The notes beneath the pieces are model-generated. The model was given only the letters and a program-made list of their open reading frames with translations. It made no database searches and was not told the DNA's origin. A stretch of DNA of 64,000 nt. Source: an uncultured Rivularia sp. Lineage in GTDB: Bacteria; Cyanobacteriota; Cyanobacteriia; Cyanobacteriales; Nostocaceae. The stretch lies in the NCBI GenBank assembly GCA_963665115.1, contig OY762007.1, positions 5,344,001 through 5,408,000 of the forward strand, read 5' to 3'. Within the stretch, counting starts at the first letter, position 1. Each line of letters begins with the position of its first letter. Shown here one piece after another: positions 1 through 10,679 of this stretch. A program made the position numbers and the translations under genes.

Positions 1-181
1 TTTACAATCCCAACCAAACAAGATTTTATACGCTAGCGAAAAAGTGGAATTAAATCATCAAGGAGATTCGCGAATATTTTTAAATATTCCTCCCCGCACG
101 GGATGCGTTATCAGTTAACAGTTATCAATTATCAATTAGTAATCCACATCAAGACATATTCCTTACCCACAAGTCAGGAAT

Positions 182-207
182 GTAGAGACGTAGCACTGCT
201 ACGTCTC
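182..207 (+). repeat. REP-like palindrome with GTAG foot
   Basis: GTAGAGACGTAGCACTGCTACGTCTC; a near-identical copy in the opposite orientation lies at 36755-36780. Confidence 0.8.
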
Positions 208-267
208 CAAAAGAGTTGTGAGTTAAAAACGATCGATTCAAAACTGTTAACTGTTTACTGTTCACTG

Positions 268-2157
268 TTAACTGTTCGCTGATAACTGCTGCGGTATCCA
301 TACGGTGAAGATTGAACCCTTACCAACTGTGGATTCTACATCAATTCTGCCTCGATGCAGTTGCACAAGTTGTTTAGTTAAAGCTAAACCTAAGCCGGTA
401 CCTTCGTAACTTCTACGATAAGGATTATCAAGCTGATGAAATTTTTCAAATAGCATCGATAATTGTTCTTCGGGAATGCCAATTCCAGTGTCTTCTACTT
501 GGAAAACGGCATTTTCGTCTTCTATCCAAACCCTCAAAGTGACGCTGCCACCTTCAGGGGTAAATTTTATTGCGTTAGTTAATAAATTTAATAAAATTTG
601 ACTGACTCGTCTTAAATCGGCGGTAAATTTATCTTTTTGGGAATTGAAAAGCAAGTCAAGTTTCAGATTTATTTGTGCTTTTGTTGCTTTTTCCGCTAAA
701 CCACGATCTATAGTGTTTTTTACTGTATCAGTTAAAGAAAATTCAGTAATATCTAAGACTGCTTTCCCTGCTTCTATCTGAGATAATTCTAAAATATCGC
801 TAATCATCTCTAACAAACGTTCGCCGCTATCATGAATAGTTTGTAAATAACTTCGCTGTCGTTCAGTTAATTCACCAAATGACCAACGTAGTAATGTAGA
901 AGACATTCCAATGACGTAAGTCAGCGGCGTTAATAATTCATGACTGATAGTCGCAAGAAATTCGTTTCTTAAACGGTTTGCTGATTCTGCGGCTACTAAT
1001 GCATCGTGTAGCTCAATAGTTCTGTCTTGTACTCTTTGCTCTAAAGTCAATTTATCCGACTTTAAAGACTGCATTAACTCAGATTGATGAATGGCGATCG
1101 CCAATTGTTCGGCAACTAAAGTAAGTAAAATTTGTTCGTTTTCCGTCCAGTTACGGGTAGCATCGCATTGATGGGCTATTAATAAACCCCAAAGTTTTTC
1201 TTCAAAGACAATAGGTGCGGCAAACTTTGCTTTAACTCTAATTTTTTTTAAATATTTTAATAAACACTTTTCCAGAGCATAAGTTTTTTCTACATCACTC
1301 ACAGCTAAAGTAAAACCCTGGCGAAATTTATCCCAACATTTAGTTGAGGGTTGCAAACATCTTCCTTCAGAATAATTTAACACCGAAGAGATACTGTCAT
1401 TTGCTAAAACTTCGTAAACTACACAACCAGCATAGTTTATTTGTTTTTGTATATTTTGGTGCGAATAATGTTCGTCAGTACTAAGATTTAGTTCGTCAAA
1501 TTTGTAAATTACTAATCTATCTAATTTAAGAAACGATCTAACTCGATCCATTGCAGTTTTCATTATCACTGATAAATCTAAGCTTTTACGAGTTTGCGTA
1601 ATTACCTTATTTAACAGTCTTTCTTGAGCAATCTGTTTTTCTAACGCATTTTCAACGTGTTCGCACGAAATTATTTGGTTAGTAGAATTTGATACGTCTG
1701 GTTGGTTTTGCTGTCTAGTTAAGTGTTTTAACAAAAGTACTGTAAATTGACTTTGCAGTGTAGCATCATTAACAACAGGAATTCGACAATATTGTTCGAG
1801 TCTTTGATAAGTATAAGAATCGTTTTCAAACAAATCTCTTAATGTTTCAAGAAACTGAATTATTTCTTTTGGTTCAAACGTCAGAAAAACATTCACCGCA
1901 GAATCATCATCACTTGTACTAATGGCGGGTGTTTGTGGTAAACCTACTAGTAAACCGCTAAATCCAGAAGAAACTACAACTGTAAACTGTTGCATCTGCC
2001 ACTCTCCTGGAACGGGGATGCGTGCCAAAACAGCTTCTGTCAATATCACTGCTGCATTTCCTACTGGAGAAATCATTTGCTGTAATAATTCCTCTAGCTG
2101 TTCAAATGCATTAATAGTTAATACTTGACAAAAGCTTAAATCGGGAGAACTAAGCAT
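268..2157 (-). CDS. cikA: GAF-domain sensor histidine kinase, CikA-like (no C-terminal pseudo-receiver)
   Basis: GAF domain (LDRLVIYKF...LWGLLIAHQC), HisKA H-box (FLATISHELLTPL) and HATPase (NLLTNAIKFT, GTGLGL). It lies divergent from cobN, as in the Nostoc cikA-cobN-furA-sigC region. Confidence 0.7.
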   Translation of the reverse strand: MLSSPDLSFCQVLTINAFEQLEELLQQMISPVGNAAVILTEAVLARIPVPGEWQMQQFTVVVSSGFSGLLVGLPQTPAISTSDDDSAVNVFLTFEPKEIIQFLETLRDLFENDSYTYQRLEQYCRIPVVNDATLQSQFTVLLLKHLTRQQNQPDVSNSTNQIISCEHVENALEKQIAQERLLNKVITQTRKSLDLSVIMKTAMDRVRSFLKLDRLVIYKFDELNLSTDEHYSHQNIQKQINYAGCVVYEVLANDSISSVLNYSEGRCLQPSTKCWDKFRQGFTLAVSDVEKTYALEKCLLKYLKKIRVKAKFAAPIVFEEKLWGLLIAHQCDATRNWTENEQILLTLVAEQLAIAIHQSELMQSLKSDKLTLEQRVQDRTIELHDALVAAESANRLRNEFLATISHELLTPLTYVIGMSSTLLRWSFGELTERQRSYLQTIHDSGERLLEMISDILELSQIEAGKAVLDITEFSLTDTVKNTIDRGLAEKATKAQINLKLDLLFNSQKDKFTADLRRVSQILLNLLTNAIKFTPEGGSVTLRVWIEDENAVFQVEDTGIGIPEEQLSMLFEKFHQLDNPYRRSYEGTGLGLALTKQLVQLHRGRIDVESTVGKGSIFTVWIPQQLSANS

Positions 2158-2251
2158 TTTTAAAAAAGTAGAAGTGAGAAGAGTGGAAAGCGGCGCACAA
2201 ATTTTTTTAAATTATGTTCTAATAAACAGTTTAAGACGGTAATACAGGATT

Positions 2252-5200
2252 ATGCATCGGACAGCAGCCAGTAAGACAGAATTTAACTTACAGTTAGAAG
2301 AATTAATATTTCTAGAACAAACTACTGCAAAGTTTGTATTTTTAACTTCAGCCGATACAGATATTCAGACTATAGCAGCAGCAGTTTCCAAATTACCGAC
2401 CACATTCGATGAAATTAGAGTTGCTAACTTATTAAATTTACAGCATCAAATAAGTATTGATAGTTATGCAGAGCAAATTTTGGAATTTGCCCAAGTTATT
2501 ATCTTACGGTTATTAGGAGGAGTTTCCTACTGGGCTTATGGTTTAGAAGTAGTACAAGAAATTGTCCAGCGTAAAGGTATTGATTTAATTGTAATTCCAG
2601 GAGACGATGCTCTAGACCTAAACTTAATATCTCATTCCACTTTACCTCTGGCCAAAGTTAATCAAATATCTCGCTATTTCAGCCAAGGTGGGGTTGACAA
2701 TTTCGTTAACGCTTTTAAGTTTATTGCCGATAATTGTCTTTCAACATCATATAATCCTTCGCCTCCCAAGGAAGTACCGTTTTTTGGTTTGTATGATTAT
2801 TTGGGCATTGGGCATCGGGCATCGGGCATTGGGCATGAAATAATTACTTCGATCCCACAAGAAGAATACCGAATCAAGGGAACAGGGAGCAGGGAGCAGG
2901 GAGCAGGGAAAGAAATTAGATCGGTAATCTCAGATAGGGAAGAAAGTAACAATGCCCAATGCCCAATGCCCAATTCCCATTCCCCGAAAGTCGCTATCCT
3001 CTTCTACCGCGCTCATTATTTAGCGGGAAATACTTTAGTTATTGATGCTTTGTGTGAAGCTTTAGCCAAACGAAATATAAATCCAGTTCCAGTTTTTATT
3101 TCTTCGTTGCGCGAAATCGACGTTCAAAATGAATTAACTGAATTTTTACAAAATCTAGATGGGGAAAGTGTTTCTTTCATACTTAACACTACCAGTTTTT
3201 CTTTAGCGCGATTGGAAACCGAAAGACCATCTGTAGAATTGTGGGAAAATTTAGATGTTCCCGTACTGCAAGTCATCCTCAGCAGCAGTTCAATTGAACA
3301 ATGGGAATCTTCTTCTCAAGGATTATCACCCCGCGATATTGCCATGAATGTGGCGCTCCCAGAAGTTGATGGACGCATTATTAGTCGTGCTGTCTCTTTC
3401 AAAACGGTAGAAAATAAAAATTCGGCTTTACAAACAGACGTTGTAATTTACAAACCAGTCGCTTCGCGGATTGAATTTGTCGCGGATTTGGCAGCAAATT
3501 GGGTGAAACTGCGCTATAAATCTCCCCAGAAACGTCGTATAGCTTTGATTTTGGCAAACTATCCCACTCGCGACGGACGTTTAGCTAATGGAGTTGGATT
3601 GGATACACCCCACAGCTGTATTGAAATTCTGCAAGCCTTGCAAAACGCCGGTTATCAAGTAGAAAATTTACCCGAAAACGGAAATGAATTAATAGAATTA
3701 CTTACCGCAGGAGTTACAAACGATCCAGAAGCCAGGGATTTAAGAAAAATTCGCCAAAGTCTTTCCCCAGAAGAATATCAAGAATATTTTGCTTCCCTAC
3801 CAGAAACTGTACAGCAAGGTATTACTCAAAGATGGGGGGACAATGTTGAAGAAGATTCTACCCCCTCTACCCCCTCTACCCCCTCTTACCCATTCCCAAT
3901 CCCCGGCATCCAACTGGGTAACGTCTTCATCGGAATTCAACCTTCCCGTGGCTACGATATCGATCCTAGCTTGAATTATCATGCGCCGGATTTGGAACCT
4001 ACTCACGCTTATTTGGCTTTCTATCACTGGATAAGAAAATCCTTTGCTGCTGATGCTGTGGTTCATGTGGGAAAACATGGAAATCTGGAATGGCTACCGG
4101 GTAAAAGTATCGCCTTGTCGGAAAATTGCTATCCAGAAGTTGCTTTTGGAACGCTTCCACACCTTTATCCTTTTATTGTCAATGACCCTGGGGAAGGTTC
4201 TCAAGCGAAACGCCGCGCTCAAGCTGTGATTATCGATCACCTGACTCCCCCTTTGACTCGTGCTGAACTTTACGGCCCTCTTGAAAAGCTAGAAAATTTG
4301 GTCGATGAATATTATGAAGCTGAAAATTTAGACCCCAAACGTTTGCCAATTATCAACGAGCGGATTACCGAATTAGTTCTTCAAGAAAATTTACATTTAG
4401 ATTTGGAAATTAACAGCGAACAATTAATAAATCAACGACAAAATCAAAATCAAGCTTTAGACTATTTAGATGGCTACCTATGTGAATTAAAGGAGGCTCA
4501 AATTCGGGATGGTTTGCACGTATTTGGTAACTGCCCCAACGGAAGACAATTGAGAGATTTAATTGTGGCGATCGCCCGTCATCCAAATCGCCATCATTCA
4601 GGATTAACTCGCGCCATTGCTCAAGATTTAGGCTGGGATTTCGATCCTTTAATAGATAATCCAATTCAAGCTTTTGAAAATCACAGCGTGCCTTGTCGCA
4701 ATGTGGGTGATGCAATCGAGCTTGTAGAAGAATATGCTGCTTGTGTTGTTGAGCAAAGCATAAAAAACCTCACCCCGTCCTATCGGACACCCCTCTCCTT
4801 ATCAAGGAGAGGGGAAGAAGCCAAGGTTTCTCTTCATACACCCCTTTCCTTATCAAGGAGAAAGGAAGATAGCGACGAGGCTTCTCTTCATAAGCCCTTA
4901 TCAAGGAGAGAGGAAGATAGCGACGAGGCTTCTCTTCATACACCCTTCTCCTTAACAAGAAAAGGGGAAGGGGAGGTTTATCTTCATACACCCCTCTCCT
5001 TAACAAGGAAAGGGGAAGGGGAGGCTTCTCTTCATACACCCCTCTCCTTTACAAGGAGAGGGGAAGGGGGTGAGGTTCTTCCTGCTCAAATCCAAACTCC
5101 ACAATCCCAAACTCAATTGGTTCTAAATTGGATTGATAATTATCTTCTTCCTGCTTTAATACAAACCGATTTAGAAATTAAAAATTTATTACGAGGACTT

Positions 5201-6484
5201 GACGGCAGGTACGTAAAAAGCGCTCCTAGTGGGGCACCTACAAGAGGTCGTCCGGAGGTTCTACCTACTGGCAATAACTTTTATTCGGTTGATATTCGTG
5301 CCATACCTACGGAATCGGCTTGGGATGTTGGTAGAAAGGCAGCAGAAACTCTTGTGGAAACTTACACGCAAGAACATGGCGAGTATCCCAAAACGCTTGG
5401 TTTGTCGGTATGGGGAACCTCTACAATGCGAACGGGAGGCGATGATATTGCTCAAGCCTTGGCTTTATTAGGGGTACAGCCAGTATGGGATGGTGCTTCT
5501 CGAAGAGTGGTAGATTTTGACGTTTTACCGATATCAGTTTTACAGCGTCCCCGTGTAGATGTGACATTAAGAATATCTGGTTTCTTTCGAGATGCTTTCC
5601 CCAACTTAATCGAACTTTTCGATCGAGCCGTTGGGGCAGTAGCGGCGTTAGATGAATCTTCAGAGTACAATCCCCTAGCAGCGCAAGTAACATCTGAAAC
5701 AGAACTTCTGATTAAACAAGGATTAAATTTGGATGCAGCAGAAGCGCGATCGCGGTATCGTATTTTTGGTAGTAAGGGAGGAGCTTATGGTGCTGGTTTA
5801 CAGGGATTGATTGAATCTCAAGAATGGAATAGTAATGAAGATTTGGCCCGTGCATACATGAACTGGAGCTGCTATGCTTACACGGGTAAGGGTTTATGCA
5901 CAGCGGCACCAGAAGCTTTCGAGCAACGTTTAGTTAAAATGCAAATAGTGCTGCACAATCAAGATAATCGCGAACACGATCTGCTCGATTCCGACGATTA
6001 TTATCAGTTTCAGGGTGGTCTAACAGCAGCAGTGCGTTCCTTAACGGGGAAAAATCCCCAAACGTATTTTGGCGATAATTCTATTCCTGCCAATCCGCGA
6101 GTGCGTAAACTACAACAAGAAATAGCCAGGGTGTATCGTTCGCGAGTTATCAATCCCAAATGGATTGAAGGAGTGATGCGTCACGCTTATAAAGGTGCAT
6201 TTGAAATCGCAGCGACGGTAGATTATTTATTTGCTTATGATGCCACTGCGAACTGCGTTGAAAATCATATGTATCAGGGAATTTGTGAATCTTATCTTTT
6301 CGACACAAACGTCTGTGAATTCATCGAGGACAACAATCCCCACGCTTTACGTGATATTGCTGAAAGATTATTAGAAGCATACCAGCGCGGTTTGTGGCAG
6401 GATGTAAATATATCAACATTAGATAATTTACGAAACCTGGTTCACCAAGCAGAAGCAGCAATCGAACAAAAATCGGTGGTGTAA
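2252..6484 (+). CDS. cobN: Cobaltochelatase subunit CobN, with three in-frame repeat-derived insertions
   Basis: Motifs NGVGLDTP, HVGKHGNLEWLPGK, PTGNNFYS, RVINPKWI; 1410 aa. Confidence 0.95.
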   Translation: MHRTAASKTEFNLQLEELIFLEQTTAKFVFLTSADTDIQTIAAAVSKLPTTFDEIRVANLLNLQHQISIDSYAEQILEFAQVIILRLLGGVSYWAYGLEVVQEIVQRKGIDLIVIPGDDALDLNLISHSTLPLAKVNQISRYFSQGGVDNFVNAFKFIADNCLSTSYNPSPPKEVPFFGLYDYLGIGHRASGIGHEIITSIPQEEYRIKGTGSREQGAGKEIRSVISDREESNNAQCPMPNSHSPKVAILFYRAHYLAGNTLVIDALCEALAKRNINPVPVFISSLREIDVQNELTEFLQNLDGESVSFILNTTSFSLARLETERPSVELWENLDVPVLQVILSSSSIEQWESSSQGLSPRDIAMNVALPEVDGRIISRAVSFKTVENKNSALQTDVVIYKPVASRIEFVADLAANWVKLRYKSPQKRRIALILANYPTRDGRLANGVGLDTPHSCIEILQALQNAGYQVENLPENGNELIELLTAGVTNDPEARDLRKIRQSLSPEEYQEYFASLPETVQQGITQRWGDNVEEDSTPSTPSTPSYPFPIPGIQLGNVFIGIQPSRGYDIDPSLNYHAPDLEPTHAYLAFYHWIRKSFAADAVVHVGKHGNLEWLPGKSIALSENCYPEVAFGTLPHLYPFIVNDPGEGSQAKRRAQAVIIDHLTPPLTRAELYGPLEKLENLVDEYYEAENLDPKRLPIINERITELVLQENLHLDLEINSEQLINQRQNQNQALDYLDGYLCELKEAQIRDGLHVFGNCPNGRQLRDLIVAIARHPNRHHSGLTRAIAQDLGWDFDPLIDNPIQAFENHSVPCRNVGDAIELVEEYAACVVEQSIKNLTPSYRTPLSLSRRGEEAKVSLHTPLSLSRRKEDSDEASLHKPLSRREEDSDEASLHTPFSLTRKGEGEVYLHTPLSLTRKGEGEASLHTPLSFTRRGEGGEVLPAQIQTPQSQTQLVLNWIDNYLLPALIQTDLEIKNLLRGLDGRYVKSAPSGAPTRGRPEVLPTGNNFYSVDIRAIPTESAWDVGRKAAETLVETYTQEHGEYPKTLGLSVWGTSTMRTGGDDIAQALALLGVQPVWDGASRRVVDFDVLPISVLQRPRVDVTLRISGFFRDAFPNLIELFDRAVGAVAALDESSEYNPLAAQVTSETELLIKQGLNLDAAEARSRYRIFGSKGGAYGAGLQGLIESQEWNSNEDLARAYMNWSCYAYTGKGLCTAAPEAFEQRLVKMQIVLHNQDNREHDLLDSDDYYQFQGGLTAAVRSLTGKNPQTYFGDNSIPANPRVRKLQQEIARVYRSRVINPKWIEGVMRHAYKGAFEIAATVDYLFAYDATANCVENHMYQGICESYLFDTNVCEFIEDNNPHALRDIAERLLEAYQRGLWQDVNISTLDNLRNLVHQAEAAIEQKSVV
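4766..5077. repeat. In-frame array of CCCCTCTCCTTwnnAAGGAGAGGGG hairpin units bounded by AACCTCACCCC/GGGGTGAGGTT inverted ends
   Basis: About six units read as HTPLSLxRxGE. A degenerate single copy lies at ~19985-20040. Confidence 0.85.
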
Positions 6485-6493
6485 GAAAAAAAT

Positions 6494-7654
6494 ATGGACA
6501 ATCTTGCGTATTTGCACTTAGCGGTCGTCTATGAAGACCCCTCAGCCAGTGAATTGGTTTACCTTAATCCCTGGTTGAAAACCGCACAAACTCCAGACTT
6601 GAAACGCTTTTCGAGTAAGGCTTGGAGGTATATGTTACCTCTAGTCTTAACTGTTTCTATTCTCAGCATTGCCAGTAGCGCCTTAGCACTGCAAAAAGGA
6701 GATAGAGGCCCATCTGTCAAAAATTTACAACAAGATTTGCAAAGGGCTGGTTTTTATCAAGCTCCTGTGACTCAGGTATATGACATTAAAACAGAAGATG
6801 CTGTTAGGCGCTTTCAAAAAGCTGCTAGCGTCAGCGTTGACGGTGTAGCCGGACCTGCTACATTACAGAAATTACAAGGCTGGCGTGCGGCTGTAACGGT
6901 AAATACGTCGAGAGCAGCCACGACGAAAAAGCCTGTCGCTAAAACTAACTCAAACAACCAAAAACCATCAATAAAGGTGGCTGCCAATACCACCAAGCGC
7001 CGCAATCCTAATTTACTGGGTAAAGGCGATGAAGGTGAAGCTGTCAAAGCTTTGCAAGAAAGATTGCGGGTAGCAGGATTTTATTACGGTAATTCGACGG
7101 GTATTTACGGCCCAATTACCGAAGATGCCGTGAAGCGCTTCCAAAGAGCTTATGGTTTAGATGTTGACGGCATCGTAGGAGCGCAAACACTAACAAAATT
7201 ACCGCCAATGGGTGTTGGTTTTGGTGAAGAAGCTCCCAAAAGCATGACAATAGCCGCTAGAAGAGGAAATAAGGAATTTCTTGGCTTAGGCGATCGCGGC
7301 GAACCTGTAAGAATCCTGCAAGCCCAATTAATCAAAGCAGGATACTTAAAGGGACAACCAAATGGTTATTTTGGTCCTTATACTGCTGATGCGGTGAAGC
7401 GGTTCCAAGATTCTAATTATTTGGCAGCTAGCGGTATTGCCGGACCTACTACTCGCGGCAAATTGTATAGAAATGTTAACGATGCCGACAAAGCTGAGTT
7501 TAACGTTCTAGAAATACAAAGACGCTTGCAAGCAAAGGGTTTCTATAAAGGTTCTCTAAACGGAGAAATGGGTAAAGATACCAAGAAAGCCATTCAGCAG
7601 GCTCAGGAATTTTACGGCATCAGTTTAAAGGATGTGAGAAACGGACGATTTTAA
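6494..7654 (+). CDS. Peptidoglycan-binding domain protein (Alr1690-like)
   Basis: Signal/TM segment followed by 4 PG_binding_1 repeats (GDRGPSVKNLQ...DGVAGPAT); tail-to-tail with furA. Confidence 0.9.
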   Translation: MDNLAYLHLAVVYEDPSASELVYLNPWLKTAQTPDLKRFSSKAWRYMLPLVLTVSILSIASSALALQKGDRGPSVKNLQQDLQRAGFYQAPVTQVYDIKTEDAVRRFQKAASVSVDGVAGPATLQKLQGWRAAVTVNTSRAATTKKPVAKTNSNNQKPSIKVAANTTKRRNPNLLGKGDEGEAVKALQERLRVAGFYYGNSTGIYGPITEDAVKRFQRAYGLDVDGIVGAQTLTKLPPMGVGFGEEAPKSMTIAARRGNKEFLGLGDRGEPVRILQAQLIKAGYLKGQPNGYFGPYTADAVKRFQDSNYLAASGIAGPTTRGKLYRNVNDADKAEFNVLEIQRRLQAKGFYKGSLNGEMGKDTKKAIQQAQEFYGISLKDVRNGRF

Positions 7655-7691
7655 CATCCGTTCCGCGTTCGTAAAGTGCATCTATATGCTG

Positions 7692-7743
7692 CGAGCAGTT
7701 ATCCCTCTTTAGAGAGGGAGTAAAAGACTGCTCGTTTTTTTTT
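7692..7743 (+). terminator. Rho-independent terminator
   Basis: GCGAGCAGT...ACTGCTCGT stem followed by a 9-T run. Confidence 0.7.
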
Positions 7744-7799
7744 GCTGGGAACACATCCTATAAGGTTACGCTTACACAATCGTAAAATACTCCCAAGTG

Positions 7800-8255
7800 T
7801 TATAAAGGCATTAACGCCCGCTGGCACTTAGGACATACTCCGTGAATAGTCAATTGGCAGTCAAGCAGATGATAGCCATCTTTTTGAGAAGTTTTTAAGC
7901 CAATTTTTAATATTGAGTCATTCTTGAACTCGGTAGTCGTGTTACACCTAACACAAATTAAGTGATGGTGATGGTGAGGGTAAGGCTGGTTAAGTTCATA
8001 ATGCTTATGACCTTCGCCCAGTTCCAATTCCCGCAAGATTCCCATACGTGCCATCAACTTGAGAGTGCGATAAATCGTTGAAAGACTTATTCCTTCATTA
8101 TCGACTTGTAATCTTTGATAAAGATCCTCGGCACTCAGATGCTCCCCTTGAGGAAGCTCCTGAAAAATGTGTAGAATTACTTCTCTCTGAGGTGTTAAAC
8201 GCCAACCTCGTTCGTTGAGTTCTGCCTTGAGTGAAGCAGTGCTGTAAATAGTCAT
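7800..8255 (-). CDS. furA: Ferric uptake regulator FurA
   Basis: RLTPQR, HLSAEDLY, HHHHHLICVRC, CPKC; 151 aa from the ATG at 8255. Confidence 0.93.
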   Translation of the reverse strand: MTIYSTASLKAELNERGWRLTPQREVILHIFQELPQGEHLSAEDLYQRLQVDNEGISLSTIYRTLKLMARMGILRELELGEGHKHYELNQPYPHHHHHLICVRCNTTTEFKNDSILKIGLKTSQKDGYHLLDCQLTIHGVCPKCQRALMPL

Positions 8256-8332
8256 ACTAATTTTTCTCAACAAACCCTATCAATTGCGAATATAGCAAAT
8301 AATTCCACCTGTTTGCAATAATTCTTGCTTGT

Positions 8333-8347
8333 TGATAATGATTGTTA
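8333..8347. promoter_or_regulatory. Putative Fur box (autoregulation of furA)
   Basis: TGATAATGATTGTTA has 2 mismatches to the 7-1-7 consensus TGATAATnATTATCA and lies ~80 bp upstream of the furA start. Confidence 0.5.
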
Positions 8348-8813
8348 ACTGCCTGGGGTAGAATTTGATTTCATACCGGAGACAAAATCGAAATTACGAT
8401 TCCTTTTAATACAGGCAATTAAAGGAATATAGGTGGCAACTTGTTTCTATAACACAAGTAGAAAAAGTTTGCCATAACTGATTTATAGGATAATTTGAGG
8501 AATTATTAGATAGAAAAATTAACTGAATTTGAGATTTTGGATTTTGAATTTTGGATTAAAGATTCTCGCCAATAAGTATTTTATTCATGTCTATTCAAGC
8601 CCTAACATCAGTGCTAGTGGTCAATCTAAAATCTAAAATCTAAAATCCAAAATTGACTAGCGTCGGGTATGGGAACAATTACCCGCTTGTAGAGAGAAGT
8701 GCTGGCGCGGAATATGATTTCTAACGGGGAAGCCACACCTTCAAGATGAAGGGGAAGAAAGAGGACGAGCGGCTTCCCAAAAACCGCGCTTGTTCACTTT
8801 GAAAACGAAAGTT

Positions 8814-10074
8814 TTAGCTGAGGGATTCTAAATAATCGCGAATCAAGTTACGTCGCTTGGGTTGACGTAGCTTTTGTAAAGCCTTGGACTCAATTTGTCT
8901 AACACGTTCGCGTGATAAATCTAAAGCGCGTCCAATTTCTGCTAAAGAGTAAGGATGACCATCAGCCAAACCAAAACGCATCAAAATGACATCGCGTTCG
9001 CGAGTAGTTAAATCGGCCAAAAGATTTTGCAAGTCTCTTTGGAGAGATTCTCGCATCAACATTTCTTCTGGTGTTACACCATCGGTTTCGAGTAATTCAC
9101 CTAATTCGGTATCTTTATCTTTACCGACTTTTGTTTCAAGAGAAACAGAACGAGGAACTCTTAGTAAAACTTCCCGTACTTGAGCGGGAGTCATTTCTAA
9201 CTCAACAGCCAAGTCTTCCAAAGTCGGAGTGCGACCTTTTTCTTGGGCTATTTTACGTTGAGCCTTCTTGATTTTGTTTAACTTTTCGGTGATGTGGGAC
9301 TGGTAGGCGAATAGTACGCGACGAAGTGGCGATCGCTCTAGTAATACCTTGACGAATCCACCAGTAAGCATAGGTACTAAAACGATAGCCCTTGGTTGGA
9401 TCGAACTTTTCTACCGCTCTTTCCAAACCTAAAGTACCTTCTTGGACTAAATCCAATAATTCCAAACCACGATTTTGATATTTCTTAGCAACAGAAACGA
9501 CTAGACGAAGATTCGCCTTAATCATATGTTCCTTCGCTTGCAATCCTTGGGTTTGAACTTGCTCTAATTCCTTAACGGTCAAATTAGCAGTTTCAGCCCA
9601 ACGACGCTTACCTTGGGACAAAGCACCTTTCAACTCGGACTCTTCAATACCAGCAGTATTTGCCCATCTTTTCATCGAGGGGCGATGTCCTAACTCGGAT
9701 GTCAAACGTTCTTGAGCTTCAACAATTCTCAAATAATGAGCAAGTAATTCATCACCTTGGGTTGCAGCTTCGGACAACAGTATCCGTAACTTCAAATAAC
9801 GCTGGACTTTTTGAGCTTCTGAAACCTCTTCATCTCGGCCTAATAACCGAACTCTACCAATTTCCTGAAGATATAAACGAACCAAATCCGTGCTGCGGGT
9901 TTTCGTACTAGCACTCGCTCTTTCTGTTTCGGCAGAAGTTATCTCCAGTTGCTCCAAATCCTCATCTGCTGGAGCGTCCGCATCATCAGCGGTTACTTCC
10001 GGCTCCAAGTCTTGACGGGATTTTCGAGTATCGTAAGCGGCATCGGCATCTGCATAAAAAGATGTTGCTGGCAT
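8814..10074 (-). CDS. sigC: Group 2 RNA polymerase sigma factor SigC (apparent +1 frameshift at GGG 9296-9298)
   Basis: [36 protein letters not shown]; removing one G restores [14 protein letters not shown] and region 4. Confidence 0.85.
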
Positions 10075-10679
10075 AAGAATATTCTCAACGGCTCCAGGTA
10101 ACAATTATTAGCCTTTTAGCTAATCAACTGATGCTATTGTTCCCGCGATTAACGGAGAACTAACATTATTTAGAAATTAATTTGGTTTTTTTTTAAAGAA
10201 AACCATACTGATCTCATTTGATACTGATTTAATTTAGGCGTATCAGTCTAGTAATTTATTTGAACCAACAGCAATCCAAACCCTTAACCAGACTGCAATT
10301 AACCGGCATTGCCAGTCATGCTTCCTACTTCATAAATCTTGACGTTACCATTAATACATGGTATAAAGATAGACAAGTGAAAAAAGTAATAAATCGTATG
10401 CATAGTCATATCTACATAGCTATGCAAGTTATTTCCTGACGAAATTTTTTTAAATCGTCAGGGAATCTTGGTATTTTAGGTCAAAGGTTAAAAAAGTTAG
10501 GAGTTAAGAGTAGGGAGTAGAGAGTAGAGAGTAGCAAGTAAATCACTTTTTATTATTGTCATAAATGTCGCTCATAGCTGCCCGTCTATTTTTACTCGCT
10601 ACTTATTACTCACTACTCACTACTTACTACTTTAATAATCTCCCTTTCTTCCCCCTCTAGCTTGAATGTCCCATCCCCA

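Noticed and set aside
2158..2251. Cobalamin riboswitch upstream of cobN
   Set aside because: The spacer is only 94 bp, AT-rich, and has no B12-box-like sequence.
4766..5077. cobN insert as an intein, CRISPR array or separate ORF (4770-5039 minus)
   Set aside because: It has no intein terminal motifs or unique spacers. It is a hairpin-repeat expansion, and the antisense ORF is a by-product.
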